A DNA stretch of 64,000 bases from an uncultured Chloroflexia bacterium (GTDB lineage: Bacteria > Chloroflexota > Limnocylindria > Limnocylindrales > CSP1-4): NCBI GenBank assembly GCA_963748625.1, contig CAVVJT010000010.1, forward strand, positions 640,001-704,000, in the 5' to 3' direction. The position numbers were made by a program, and so were the translations under genes. Position 1 is the stretch's first letter. The number at the start of each line of letters is the position of its first letter. Positions 33,683 through 50,459 of the stretch are shown one piece after another. The notes beneath the pieces were generated by a model that saw nothing but the letters and a program-made list of their open reading frames with translations, searched no databases and was not told the origin of the DNA.

Positions 33683-34869
33683 CGCGCGCTCCACGCGCTC
33701 GCCACGGCGCGGGCCGAGATGGAGCGGCCCGCACCCTCGTCGCCCGCAAGGTTGCCTGTCGAGGCCTTCACGTTCACAACCCCTTCGTCCACCCCCAGCA
33801 CCGACGCGATCGCCGCGCGCATGAGGTCCAGCCGCGCGCCGAGCTTCGGGCGCGCCCCGATCACCACGATATCCACTGATGCAGGCCGAAGGCCGGCGCC
33901 ATCGAGCCGCCGCACGACCTCAGCGAGCAGCTCGGTACTGGCCACGCCCCGTGGCGTGCGCGCATCCGCTGGGAACAGCCGTCCAAGATCGCCGAGGCCG
34001 GCCGCCCCGAGGAGGGCGTCGGCGACAGCGTGGAGCACCACGTCGCCGTCGGAGTGGCCGGCGAGCCTCGGGGCTCCGGGGATCTCGATCCCTCCGAGCC
34101 GCAGACCGGTGCCGGGACCGAACGGGTGGCTGTCATGGCCGAACCCGATCCGGGCCGCCGGCACGGCCAGCGCCTGTTCGACGCGCCGCAGGTCGTCCGG
34201 GAGTGTCACCTTGAGGTTTGCCGGTTCGCCGGGGATCGCATGGACAGGAATGGTACAGGCCTCGAGCAGGGCGGCCTCGTCGGTGAATTGCCGAGGGCCA
34301 TCAGGCGGGAAGGCCGCCCACGCCTTGAGCAGCAGGCCGCGGCGAGCGCCCTGGGGCGTCTGCGCGGCTGCAAGCGTCGAGCGGTCGACGGTCTCCTGGA
34401 CCAGGCCGTCCCACACCCGCTTGAGCGTCTCTGCGACCGGCAGGACCGGGAGGGCGGCACCATGCACGGCCGCTGCCTCGGCGACCGCCTCCACCAGGGC
34501 CGGCGTCGCAAGCGGGCGCGCGCCGTCGTGGACGAGGACCGGCCTGTCGAACCCGCTGGGATCAACGGAATCCAGGAACCGGACGCCGGCGGCAACCGAC
34601 TGCTGGCGGGTGGCACCACCGGCGACGACGGCGTCCGCCATGCCACCGGTGAGCGGATCGGCGGCCACGGCGTCCACGCGCTCCGGTGCGGTGACGAGGA
34701 TCAGCCGGTCCACGCACGGAGCCGCCCGCATGGCCGCCAGGGTCCAGTGGAGCAGCGGACGACCCCCGACGAGCCAGGCGAGCTTGTCGGCTCCGCCCAT
34801 CCGGCGCGAGGAGCCGGCGGCGACCACCACGACGTCGGCGATCGGTCGTCCCGGAGTGCCCTCCGTCAC
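33679..34869 (-). CDS. ispDF: bifunctional IspD/IspF (MEP pathway)
   Basis: AAGSSRRMG...K, VHDGARP, QTPQ, NLKVT; then GHDSH, GHSDGDV, GDLGRLFP. Confidence 0.93.
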   Translation of the reverse strand: MTEGTPGRPIADVVVVAAGSSRRMGGADKLAWLVGGRPLLHWTLAAMRAAPCVDRLILVTAPERVDAVAADPLTGGMADAVVAGGATRQQSVAAGVRFLDSVDPSGFDRPVLVHDGARPLATPALVEAVAEAAAVHGAALPVLPVAETLKRVWDGLVQETVDRSTLAAAQTPQGARRGLLLKAWAAFPPDGPRQFTDEAALLEACTIPVHAIPGEPANLKVTLPDDLRRVEQALAVPAARIGFGHDSHPFGPGTGLRLGGIEIPGAPRLAGHSDGDVVLHAVADALLGAAGLGDLGRLFPADARTPRGVASTELLAEVVRRLDGAGLRPASVDIVVIGARPKLGARLDLMRAAIASVLGVDEGVVNVKASTGNLAGDEGAGRSISARAVASAWSAR

Positions 34870-35927
34870 CCCTGGTCGACGCGCTGCTGGGCGAAGATCA
34901 TCCGCCCGGCCACCGTCTGGAGGACCCGCGTCACGCTGACATCGACGTCACGGTCGATCAGGCGTGCGCCACCCTCGACGACGATCATGGTTCCGTCGTC
35001 GAGGAAGCCGACGCCCTGACCTGCCTCCTTGCCCTCCTGGATCACCCGCACGCGCAGCTCCTCGCCAGGGAGCACGGCCGGCTTGACGGCGTTCGCCAGC
35101 GAGTTGATGTTCATGACGCGGACGCCTTGGAGCTCGGCGACGCGGTTGAGGTTGAAGTCGTTGGTGAGGATCAGGCGGCTGCGGCGCTTTGCGAGCTCCA
35201 CGAGCTTCGCGTCAACCTCCGTGGCCCCGGGCGCCTCGTCGTCGACAACCTCCACCGGCGTGCGGGTATCGCGTTGGATCCGCTGGAGCATCTCGAGGCC
35301 ACGCCGCCCGCGGTTGCGGCGGAGCGTGTCGGACGAGTCCGCGATGTGCTGCATCTCCTCCAGGACGAAACGGGGCACCACGAGCGTGCCGAAGATGAAG
35401 CCTGACTCCACGATGTCCGCGATGCGCCCATCGATGAGGACGCTCGTGTCCACCACGATCCGCGGCTCGCCCTCCTTGCGCGCGTCTTCAGCACCCGGCC
35501 GCCGGACGAGACCCGCGTTCTCGGCCGCGGTGATCAGGTCATGACGCTTGGCGACCGTAAGGCCCATCATCCCGAGGCCCAGGAACAGCGAGATCCCCAG
35601 CGGCAGCCAGGTCCCGAGTGGGCCTTCGATCTGGGCCAGTGGCAGGGAGAGCAGCAATCCCAGGAGCAGGCCGACAAACAGCCCGAGCACCGCCGCAACG
35701 AACTCCGCGGTCGACATCTCCTGGACTCGCGTGATGAGCCATTGGGCGGGCACGATCGTGAGGTACGGGAGCACAGCGAATCCGACGATCATCCAGGAGA
35801 TCGTCCATGCGGCGAGCAGGAGGCCCGTGTAGGCCGACCCTGCGAAGAGCCCGTTCCCCGAGGCCGCGATCCCAAGACCAACGAAGGACCCGAGCGCGGC
35901 ACCCAGGATCCGGATGGTCCGGATCAA
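34866..35927 (-). CDS. membrane PIN/TRAM domain protein (YacL family)
   Basis: 4 TM; VDTSVLIDGR, TNDFNLNRVA, GVGFLDDGTMIVVE, LQTVAGRMIF; TTG at 35927 after GAGGA. Confidence 0.9.
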   Translation of the reverse strand: MIRTIRILGAALGSFVGLGIAASGNGLFAGSAYTGLLLAAWTISWMIVGFAVLPYLTIVPAQWLITRVQEMSTAEFVAAVLGLFVGLLLGLLLSLPLAQIEGPLGTWLPLGISLFLGLGMMGLTVAKRHDLITAAENAGLVRRPGAEDARKEGEPRIVVDTSVLIDGRIADIVESGFIFGTLVVPRFVLEEMQHIADSSDTLRRNRGRRGLEMLQRIQRDTRTPVEVVDDEAPGATEVDAKLVELAKRRSRLILTNDFNLNRVAELQGVRVMNINSLANAVKPAVLPGEELRVRVIQEGKEAGQGVGFLDDGTMIVVEGGARLIDRDVDVSVTRVLQTVAGRMIFAQQRVDQG

Positions 35928-36026
35928 GCGTTGTCCTCGTACCGACGTGCGTGCCACGGCGGCCATCGGGGCCGCAGCATCCGGCGAGCCTAGCACGCAC
36001 CGTCCGGCGTGGCACCGGGCCGAAGG

Positions 36027-37460
36027 TCAGGGTCGGCGCGCAGTCCCCGCCCCCGCCCGGTCTGCCGGCGCGCCCTCGCCGAGCGCCGCCCGAACACCGT
36101 CGGCAAGGGTGCCCACCGTGACGAGCTCGATGCCTGCAACGTCGGCGACGGGACGTCCGTGGGAGCGCGGCACCACGGCCCGCGTGAAGCCCAGTCGTGC
36201 CGCCTCGCGGAGGCGCCGCTCCAGGCCTCCGACCGCGCGCAGCTCGCCCAGGAGCCCGACCTCGCCGATGGCGACGGTCCCCGGCACCAGCGGCCGGTCG
36301 CGCAGCGACGACGCGAGGGCGAGGGCCAGCGGGAGGTCGAGGCCGGGCTCTGAGACCGACAGGCCGCCAGCCAGGTTCGCGTAGACGTCGTGCTGGCCGA
36401 GACCGATGCCGGCACGGCGGCCAAGGACGGCCACCAGGAGCGCCAGGCGGTTGGGATCCACGCCGGAGGCGGTGCGCCGGGGGGCCGGGGCTGCCGTCGG
36501 TGCGACGAGCGCCTGGACCTCGACCAGGATCGGACGCGATCCCTCCAGGATTGGCGCGACCACGCTGCCGGGTGCGGGAACGTCGTGCTCCGCGAGGAAC
36601 GCTCGAGCGGGATCGGCCACCTCAGCCAGCCCGCGGTCACTCATCTCGAACACACCGACCTCTTCGGTCGAGCCATAGCGGTTCTTGGCGGCGCGCAGCA
36701 AGCGCAGGCCGCCGGTGCGATCCCCTTCGACGGACAGGACGACGTCGACGAGATGCTCCAGGGTCTTGGGTCCGGCAAGCGCCCCGTCCTTGGTCACGTG
36801 GCCGACGAGGACGACCGGGATGCCCTCGCCCTTGGCGAGCTCCATCAGGCGCAGCGTGGCCTCGCGCACCTGGCCGACACTGCCTGCAGGGCCGTCGAGC
36901 TCCTCGGAGGCCAGGGTCTGCACCGAGTCCACCATGAGCAGACCCGGCCGGTCGGCGCGCGCGAGCTCGGCGATCCGTGCCACCCCTGTCTCGGCCACAA
37001 CGCGAATGGCATCGCCGATGGCCCCGTCGGCCAAGCCGAGGCGGGTCGCCCGCAGCCGGACCTGTGCGGTCGACTCCTCGCCAGTGGCGTAGAGGACGGT
37101 GGCTCCGGTGGCCGCGATGCCCGCAGCAATCTGCAGCAGCAGGGTCGACTTGCCGATGCCGGGCTCGCCACCAAGCAGGACGAGCGACCCCGCCACCAGA
37201 CCGCCTCCGAGCACGCGGTCCAGCTCGCCGATGCCGATCGCGCGGCGCGCCTGGACGTCGCCCTCGCCCGCATGGGAGAGCGGGACCGGCACCGAGCCGC
37301 TCCCGGGTCCGGGCAACGCGGTCGGCCGGGTACGTGGCTGGTCGCGGATGACGGTCTCGACGAGGGTGTTCCAGTCACCGCACGTGCGGCACTGGCCCTC
37401 CCAGCGCAGGACGGACGCGCCGCAGGACTGGCAGACGAACCGGCTCTGGGCGCGGGTCAC
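36027..37460 (-). CDS. radA: DNA repair protein RadA/Sms
   Basis: N-terminal C4 zinc finger, GEPGIGKSTL, GHVTK, KNRYG, Lon-like C-domain. Confidence 0.97.
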   Translation of the reverse strand: MTRAQSRFVCQSCGASVLRWEGQCRTCGDWNTLVETVIRDQPRTRPTALPGPGSGSVPVPLSHAGEGDVQARRAIGIGELDRVLGGGLVAGSLVLLGGEPGIGKSTLLLQIAAGIAATGATVLYATGEESTAQVRLRATRLGLADGAIGDAIRVVAETGVARIAELARADRPGLLMVDSVQTLASEELDGPAGSVGQVREATLRLMELAKGEGIPVVLVGHVTKDGALAGPKTLEHLVDVVLSVEGDRTGGLRLLRAAKNRYGSTEEVGVFEMSDRGLAEVADPARAFLAEHDVPAPGSVVAPILEGSRPILVEVQALVAPTAAPAPRRTASGVDPNRLALLVAVLGRRAGIGLGQHDVYANLAGGLSVSEPGLDLPLALALASSLRDRPLVPGTVAIGEVGLLGELRAVGGLERRLREAARLGFTRAVVPRSHGRPVADVAGIELVTVGTLADGVRAALGEGAPADRAGAGTARRP

Positions 37461-37478
37461 GGACGACGTTCGCGCGCG

Positions 37479-39953
<2,475 letters not shown>

Positions 39954-40134
39954 GCGCCGAGCTCATCTCCGTGGTCGCGGAGGCGACCTGAGGGCCATCC
40001 TAGCACCTGCCTCTTTGGGGGGCGACAGGCGATCGTGGTGCGGGTGCGAGGTCCGAAGGTCACGTGCCTCGCACTCCATTGTTCGTCATCGCGGCCCGCA
40101 AGGATGCATCGCCACCCTGACGTTGCGGTGAAGG

Positions 40135-40169
40135 AATCGAAACGACCCGCCGGGTACCCGACGGGTCGT
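40135..40169 (-). terminator. intrinsic terminator after rpsA
   Basis: ACGACCCG...CGGGTCGT hairpin followed by TTCGATT on minus strand. Confidence 0.6.
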
Positions 40170-40205
40170 CTGCGATTGGCGCGAGCGGCACGAGACCGCG
40201 CACGT

Positions 40206-42439
40206 TCAACTCTTGGGTTCAGCCTCGCTGGCGTCGGCCATGTCAGCGGCGGCATCAGCCTCGACGTCGTCGGCCATGGCGGCCTCCGCAACCGCTTCGG
40301 CCTCGATGGCCTCAGCCGCCTCGATGACCGCCTCGGCCTCGATGGCCTCGGCAACCGCTTCGGCCTCGATGGCCTCAGCCGCCTCGATGACCGCCTCGGC
40401 CTCGATGGCCTCGGCAACCGCTTCGGCCTCGACCTCCTCGGCCGCCTCGATGACCGCGGCGGCGAGCGCCGGGTCTGCGATGGCGCCGTTCTCGACGGCC
40501 TCGATGACCGCCTCGGCCTCGATGGCCTCGGCAACCGCTTCGGCCTCGACCTCCTCGGCCGCCTCGATCACGATCTCGGCCTCGATGGCCTCGGCAACCG
40601 CTTCGGCCTCGACCTCCTCGGCCGCCTCGATCACGATCTCGGCAGCGGCAGCGGTCTCGATCGCTTCGGCCTCGATGGCCTGGGCAGCCTGCTCGACGGC
40701 CTTGGGCTCGGCCTTCGGGGTGGTCTCGGCGGCCTCGGCGGCGGCCAGCTGGCTGCGCACCTGGGCGAACGCCGCGGCGAGCGTCGTATCGATGCCGCCC
40801 TCCGGCTCCGACTGGGTGTCGGACGGGGCATACCCGCGGTCCGGCCGCTCGCGGCGCTCGCGGCGCTCGCGACGCTCGCCCGTGGGGGCGACCGACGGCG
40901 TGGCACCGGGCTCCGGCGCAGGCCGCACCGGCGGCTCCTCGGCCTGCTTGAGCGAGAGGCCCAGGCGATGGCGCTCGGAGTCGAGGCTGATGATCTTGAG
41001 CTTGAGGACCTGACCTTCGTGGACCACGTCGCCCGGGTGGGCGACGCGCTGGTGGCTCAGCTCGGAGATGTGGATCAGGCCCTCGAGACCCTCGCGAACC
41101 CGGACGAACGCGCCGAAGTTCACGAGCTTGGTCACGGTGCCGTCGATCACGTCGCCGACCTTGAAGTCAGCGACGGTGCTCTCCCAGGGATCGGGCTGCA
41201 GGCGGCGGATCGAGAGGCTGATCCGGCCGCGCTCGTGGTTGATGTCGATGACCTCGGCCTCGACCTCGTCGCCCACCTTGTAGCCGGCCTCGGGGTTGTT
41301 GACCTTGTTCCACGAGAGCTCGCTCTTGTGGACGAGGCCATCGATCCCGCCGAGATCGATGAAGATGCCGAACGGCGCGATCGACCGGACGTTGCCGGTG
41401 ACCTTCTGGTTGACCTGGAGGCTGCTGAACAGCTCGTCCCGCTTCTCCCGGCGCTCCTCGTAGAGGGCGACCTTCTCGGAGAGGATGAGCCGGTTGGCCT
41501 TGCGGTTGACCTCGAGGATCTTGAGCCGGAGCTTGCGGCCGATATACGGCTGGAGCTTCTCGGCGATCTCCTGTGCGGCGTCACGCGGCTGCTCGTTCTG
41601 CGGCCGGCGCGGGAAGTCCACGATCTGGCTGATCGGCACGAAGCCGCGGATGCCGCAGTCGACGATCAGGCCGCCCTTGTTGTGGTCGATGACCGGGGCG
41701 TCGATGATCGTGCCCGCCTCGAACAGCTCCTGCATGGAGCGCCACTTGCGCTCAAGGCCCGCGCGGCGGAGCGAGAGGACGACGTGGCCCTCCGGTGACT
41801 CCGGCTGCAGGACGTACACCAGCACGACGTCGCCGATGTTGAGCTGGGGAGCGCTCTCAGCGTGCCGGCCGAAGAGCTCGCGATTGCTGACAACACCCTC
41901 TGACTTGGCGCCGATGTCGACCAGGATCTCGTCCTTGTCGATCCGGACGACGGTGCCCTCGACGACATCGCCATGCTTGAAGCTCTTGATGTCCGAGTCC
42001 TGCTCGGCGAGGAGCTCCTCCATGGTCGTCGGCTCGGGGCCGACCGGGCGGCGCGGGGCGACAACGATCTCCCCGTCCTCCTCGACGGCCGCAGGCGGCG
42101 CGTCGGCGACGTCTTCGGCGGGGACTTCGGGCGCCGTCTCGGGCTCGGGCGCCGTCTCGGGCGCGGGCGCGGTCTCGGGCTCGGGCGCGGTCTCGGGCTC
42201 GGGCGCCGTCTCGGGCTCGGGCGCGGTCTCGGGCTCGGGCGCGGTCTCGGGCGCCGTCTCGGGCGCGGTCTCGGGCGCGTCTCGGGCTCGGGCGCCGTCT
42301 CGGGCTCGGGCGCCGTCTCGGGCTCGACGGGCTCGTCGGCGACGGCAATCGCCGCGACGGTCTCTTCGGACGCCGGGGTCTCAACGGAGGCGACCGCCTC
42401 CGGCTCCGGCGCGGTCCCGCCCTGCTGCTCTTCGGTCAA
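40206..42439 (-). CDS. rpsA: 30S ribosomal protein S1 (4 S1 domains) with acidic repeat extensions; 1-nt deletion near 42279 as assembled
   Basis: DIGAKSEG, GFVPISQ, DGLVHKSELSW, EGLIHISEL; TTG at 42439 after TAAGGAG; S1 core intact from ATG 42023. Confidence 0.88.
40270..40680 (-). repeat. coding repeat (EAEAVAEAIEAEAVIEAA)n in S1 C-terminal tail
   Basis: near-identical ~60-bp units. Confidence 0.9.
42129..42325 (-). repeat. coding repeat (PEPETA/PETA)n in S1 N-terminal extension
   Basis: 18- and 12-bp units GAGACC/GGCGCCC(GAGCCC). Confidence 0.9.
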
Positions 42440-42622
42440 GGTGATCCAGTCTCCTTAGGTGGATTTCGCCCTGGAATCACAAACGGCCGCCGAACACGAA
42501 CCCGGGGCCGTCACCTCTGAGGGAGTTGGATCATGCGTGCTGTGCCTGCAGTCCGCTCCTTCGCTGTCACCGAAACCTGGGATCGAATGCTCTTCAACTG
42601 TCCGTGCCCGTTGGGCGGGGAG

Positions 42623-42652
42623 AGTCTAGCACTCCGGATGCGCGGGTACAAT
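42623..42652. promoter_or_regulatory. overlapping divergent promoters for rpsA (-) and fpg (+)
   Basis: minus: TTGTAC-N17-TAGACT with TG extension; plus: TACAAT at 42647-42652, 8 nt before fpg GTG. Confidence 0.55.
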
Positions 42653-42660
42653 CTGCGCCC

Positions 42661-43538
42661 GTGCCGGAACTTCCCGATCTCGACGTTGTCGCCGACGCCT
42701 TCCACGCCTCCCTGGCGGGACGGGTGGTAGAGGCCGTCCGGGCCCTGATGCCGCTCACGGTCCGAGGCACCCCTGCAGAGCTCGAGTCGCTTGTGGGTCA
42801 GCCCCTCGCGCGCGTCGCGCGTGCGGGCAAGTTCTCTGGACTTCTTCCTCGATCCCGACCAGGGTAGCGGTCAACCCCATGCTCACCGGCCGGTTCCAGC
42901 TCGCGAGCCGGGGCGAGAAGTCGCCATCCGGTGTTGCCCTGGAGATCCACTTCGGGTCGCGGCCGTATCCTCCGCCTGACGCCGCACCATGGACCACCGG
43001 CGCATCATGGCTCCCGTCTGACGGCGCCCCCGTGACTGTCCGCTACCGCGACCCGACCCAGATGGGCAAGGTGTACGTCCTGCCCGCCGGGATCGAACGC
43101 CAGGTTCCCGGGCGCGGAGCAGGCGAGATGGGCCCGGACGCGTTGGATCCCGACCTGACAGTGGAGGTGTGGCGGGACCGAATCAGACGTCATCCGGGCG
43201 AGCTCAAGAACCTGCTGCGGAACCAAGCGTTTGTGGCCGGCATCGGCAACGCGTACTCCGACGAGATCCTCTTCGAGGCCAGGCTCCAGCCGTTCCGGAA
43301 GCGTGCCTCACTGGCGGACGAGGAAACGGACGAGCTCTACCGGGCGATGCGGTCGGTGCTGGCGGACAGCGTGGCCCTGCTCCGTGATCGCGTCCCGCCC
43401 ACGTTCGAGACGCAGGTCCGCGACCACCTTGCAGTCCACAATCGCGGCGGCGACGCATGCCCACGATGCGGCGGGAGGATCACATCCGTGCGGGCGGGCG
43501 GGTACCCGACGGGCTTCTGCCGGACCTGCCAGCGCTAG
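42661..43538 (+). CDS. Fpg/Nei family DNA glycosylase, frameshifted near 42830-42865 as assembled
   Basis: N-terminal PELPD, RAGKF, H2TH AGIGNAYSDEIL, C-terminal CPRCG...FCRTCQ; start frame differs from 42879 ORF by +2. Confidence 0.85.
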
Positions 43539-43582
43539 GCGAGGCGTAGACCAGCCTCACCTGGGAGGGGCGGACGAGGCGA

Positions 43583-44395
43583 TCACGGGACAGGTGATGC
43601 CGGCTTGGCGTCAGGGATGACCAGCACCTGACCTCGGCGGATCACGTCGCCACCCGAGAGCCCGTTCGCCTTGCGGAGGGCCTTGACTGTCACGCCGAAC
43701 TTGAGCGCGATGCTGTTCAGGGTGTCGCCCCGCTTGACCTTGTACGTTCGACCGGTGGCAGCGGTCGGGCTCGCAGAGCCAGGGGCGACCGCTGTGGCTG
43801 CAGCCGTGGCAGACGCCCCGGGTGCGACAACCTCCGGGCTTGGATCGACCTGCGGGGACGGTGAGCCTCCCTGACCGGCTGCCAGGGACGAACCTGGCGT
43901 CGGCTCGTCTGGCACGCCCGAGGGCGACGTCGTGCGGGCGATCACCAGCACGAGGAACGCGACCACGATCAGGCCGACGAGCACTGCCTGACCTCCCGTC
44001 CTGGCCTGGGGGGACGTGATCCCGACGGCCAGCCCGGAGCGCACGGGCTCCAAGGTTGTGACTCGCGGTCGTCCCGGCGGCCAGAGCCCGGCGTCGAAGG
44101 AACCGCCAGCTGAAGAGCCCAGCAGTGCGCGTGCAGCCACGTGGGTCGCGCACGTTTCGTAGGCAGACGTGAGACAGAGCTGCCGCTGCTTCGACGCCGT
44201 GAGGACGGCCGGCGGCTGCACCGCCGAGCAGACATGCGAGCGGGTGGGCTGGGCAGCCCGCCACGTACCGTCGCCGCCAGCCAGGTACGGGCACACGACC
44301 AGCTCGGGGAGTGGCGACGGAGCCGAATTGACGTCCAACTCCTCGATCGGGCGCGACTCCGGCTCGGGGCTGTCGTCGGGGAGGCTCGCGGTCAC
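43583..44395 (-). CDS. membrane-anchored LysM protein with Cys/His-rich cytoplasmic N-domain
   Basis: CPYL..HVC..QLC..CATH, TM VLVGLIVVAFLVLVIA, C-terminal YKVKRGDTLNSIA...GQVLVIP; GTG 6 nt after TG-N-TATGCT. Confidence 0.85.
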   Translation of the reverse strand: MTASLPDDSPEPESRPIEELDVNSAPSPLPELVVCPYLAGGDGTWRAAQPTRSHVCSAVQPPAVLTASKQRQLCLTSAYETCATHVAARALLGSSAGGSFDAGLWPPGRPRVTTLEPVRSGLAVGITSPQARTGGQAVLVGLIVVAFLVLVIARTTSPSGVPDEPTPGSSLAAGQGGSPSPQVDPSPEVVAPGASATAAATAVAPGSASPTAATGRTYKVKRGDTLNSIALKFGVTVKALRKANGLSGGDVIRRGQVLVIPDAKPASPVP

Positions 44396-44469
44396 GTGCC
44401 GAGCATAGCAATGCCCGGACGATGCCGCCCCAAGCGGTGCCAGGCTGCGTCGGGTCCTTAAATGCAAAA

Positions 44470-44587
<118 letters not shown>

Positions 44588-44725
44588 TTCATGCATCTGG
44601 TAGATGACGGCAGCGACGCACGTTGCACAAGCAACGCCGGCGCCAGTCGATCGAGGATCACTTCTGCCTTGGGGAGACCCAATCTCACCCGGCACGCTGA
44701 CCCTTGGTCAGGTGCTGGATTAAGA

Positions 44726-47776
<3,051 letters not shown>

Positions 47777-47909
47777 TCCGCCAGCATCTGACCAAGCGGT
47801 CAGTGCGGGACGGGTCTTTTTGATCGGGGTTCTCCTTGAATTTACGGCGAAGTGATCTTGTCGTCGTCGATCCTGGGAAGGTTCGACAACGCTCGATCTT
47901 CTTTACTGC

Positions 47910-47937
47910 CGTCATCTATCCAGTTGTTAAGGTGCAC
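47910..47937 (-). promoter_or_regulatory. boxA-like / 23S processing-stem 5' arm
   Basis: TGCACCTTAACAACTG, also at 50053-50068; adjacent sequence is complementary to 44596-44613. Confidence 0.6.
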
Positions 47938-48093
47938 CGCCGAAGCGGTCCACGACCGGCACACCGGTCGTCCAGCAGATCCGCTGGTCGGTGGGCTCGC
48001 CAGGCGAGCGCACTGATCAGGGGATTGCCGCCCGGGCCATCCCGGGGGTCTGTATGAAACTTGAAGGTGGGTTCTGTCTGCCAGCGGCCGAGG

Positions 48094-48169
48094 TGGTGGA
48101 GACGAGGAGACTCGAACTCCTGACCCTCTCCTTGCAAAGGAGATGCTCTGCCAACTGAGCTACGTCCCC
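48094..48169 (-). tRNA. tRNA-Ala(TGC)
   Basis: cloverleaf, TGC anticodon, G3:U70, CCA; in ITS. Confidence 0.96.
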
Positions 48170-48190
48170 AAGGAGGCGACGGACAGGGAG

Positions 48191-48267
48191 TGGTGGGCGC
48201 ACCTGGACTCGAACCAGGGACCTCGGCCTTATCAGGGCCGCGCTCTAACCAGCTGAGCTATGCGCCC
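48191..48267 (-). tRNA. tRNA-Ile(GAT)
   Basis: cloverleaf, loop CTGATAA, CCA; in ITS. Confidence 0.96.
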
Positions 48268-48486
48268 CTGAGGGGCTGGCCGGCAGGGCGGCTGCACCGT
48301 AACCCTTGAAGAGTGGTAGGAACAGGGCCGTAGATCATGCCCGGTACGGTGTCTCGCCGAGTCGCAATTCGATCTCCGGCTTGCGCCGGCGCACCCCACT
48401 CGACTAGAGGTGCAAACGATCGTGCGATCAACCTGGGAGCCATCAACGCCGGCAGCCCACCGATTTGCTGCCGACTCGGATCTCCC

Positions 48487-49980
<1,494 letters not shown>

Positions 49981-50040
49981 AAACTCAGCCTTGCGGCTAA
50001 GAAGCTCAAGCTTGGTCCAGGCACGTTCTCGTGCTGAAGT

Positions 50041-50068
50041 TCCTACCACTCTTCAGTTGTTAAGGTGC
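50041..50068 (-). promoter_or_regulatory. rrn leader boxA-like / 16S processing-stem 5' arm
   Basis: TGCACCTTAACAACTGAAGAGTGGTAGGA pairs with spacer sequence at ~48293-48321. Confidence 0.65.
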
Positions 50069-50105
50069 AGCGCCCGGCCTTTACCGCCCGGAGCGCGGAC
50101 TGCTC

Positions 50106-50234
50106 ATATTGCCGCAGTTCGCTCCCCGTGTCAAACGGGGTGTCGGGGTGGTGGCCGCCGGAGCGACCGACCGTCGAGCCTCGGGTTCGTGAGGCGCGAG
50201 GAGGGATGTTAGGGAAGGTCGGCCCGGCTGTCAA
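50106..50234 (-). promoter_or_regulatory. tandem rrn P1/P2 promoters
   Basis: TTGACA-N17-TAACAT (50234-50206) and TTGACA-N17-CAATAT (50134-50106), 100 bp apart. Confidence 0.75.
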
Positions 50235-50273
50235 ACGGATGCTCCAGCGAGGTCCCGGATCTCCGTGGCGCGC

Positions 50274-50459
50274 TCAGATCGGGCCTTCCTGGGCGAGAAG
50301 CACGATCATCCCTCCGAAGAGAAAGCACAGGATGGCGAGCTCGGCGGTTGGCACGGCACCGGCGAGTCCGATGGCCACGGCGAAGGCCACGAGCCCGATG
50401 ACCAGCGCGAGGAGGGGCTTGATCCCCCGGAGCAACACTTCGAAGATCAGCTCACGCAC
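50274..50459 (-). CDS. small 2-TM membrane protein
   Basis: 61 aa, two hydrophobic stretches; starts directly after recR stop. Confidence 0.7.
   Translation of the reverse strand: MRELIFEVLLRGIKPLLALVIGLVAFAVAIGLAGAVPTAELAILCFLFGGMIVLLAQEGPI

Noticed and set aside
42626-42652. CIRCE-like half site CTAGCACTC-N9-GGGTACAAT
   Set aside because: The second half matches poorly; better explained by overlapping -10/-35 elements.
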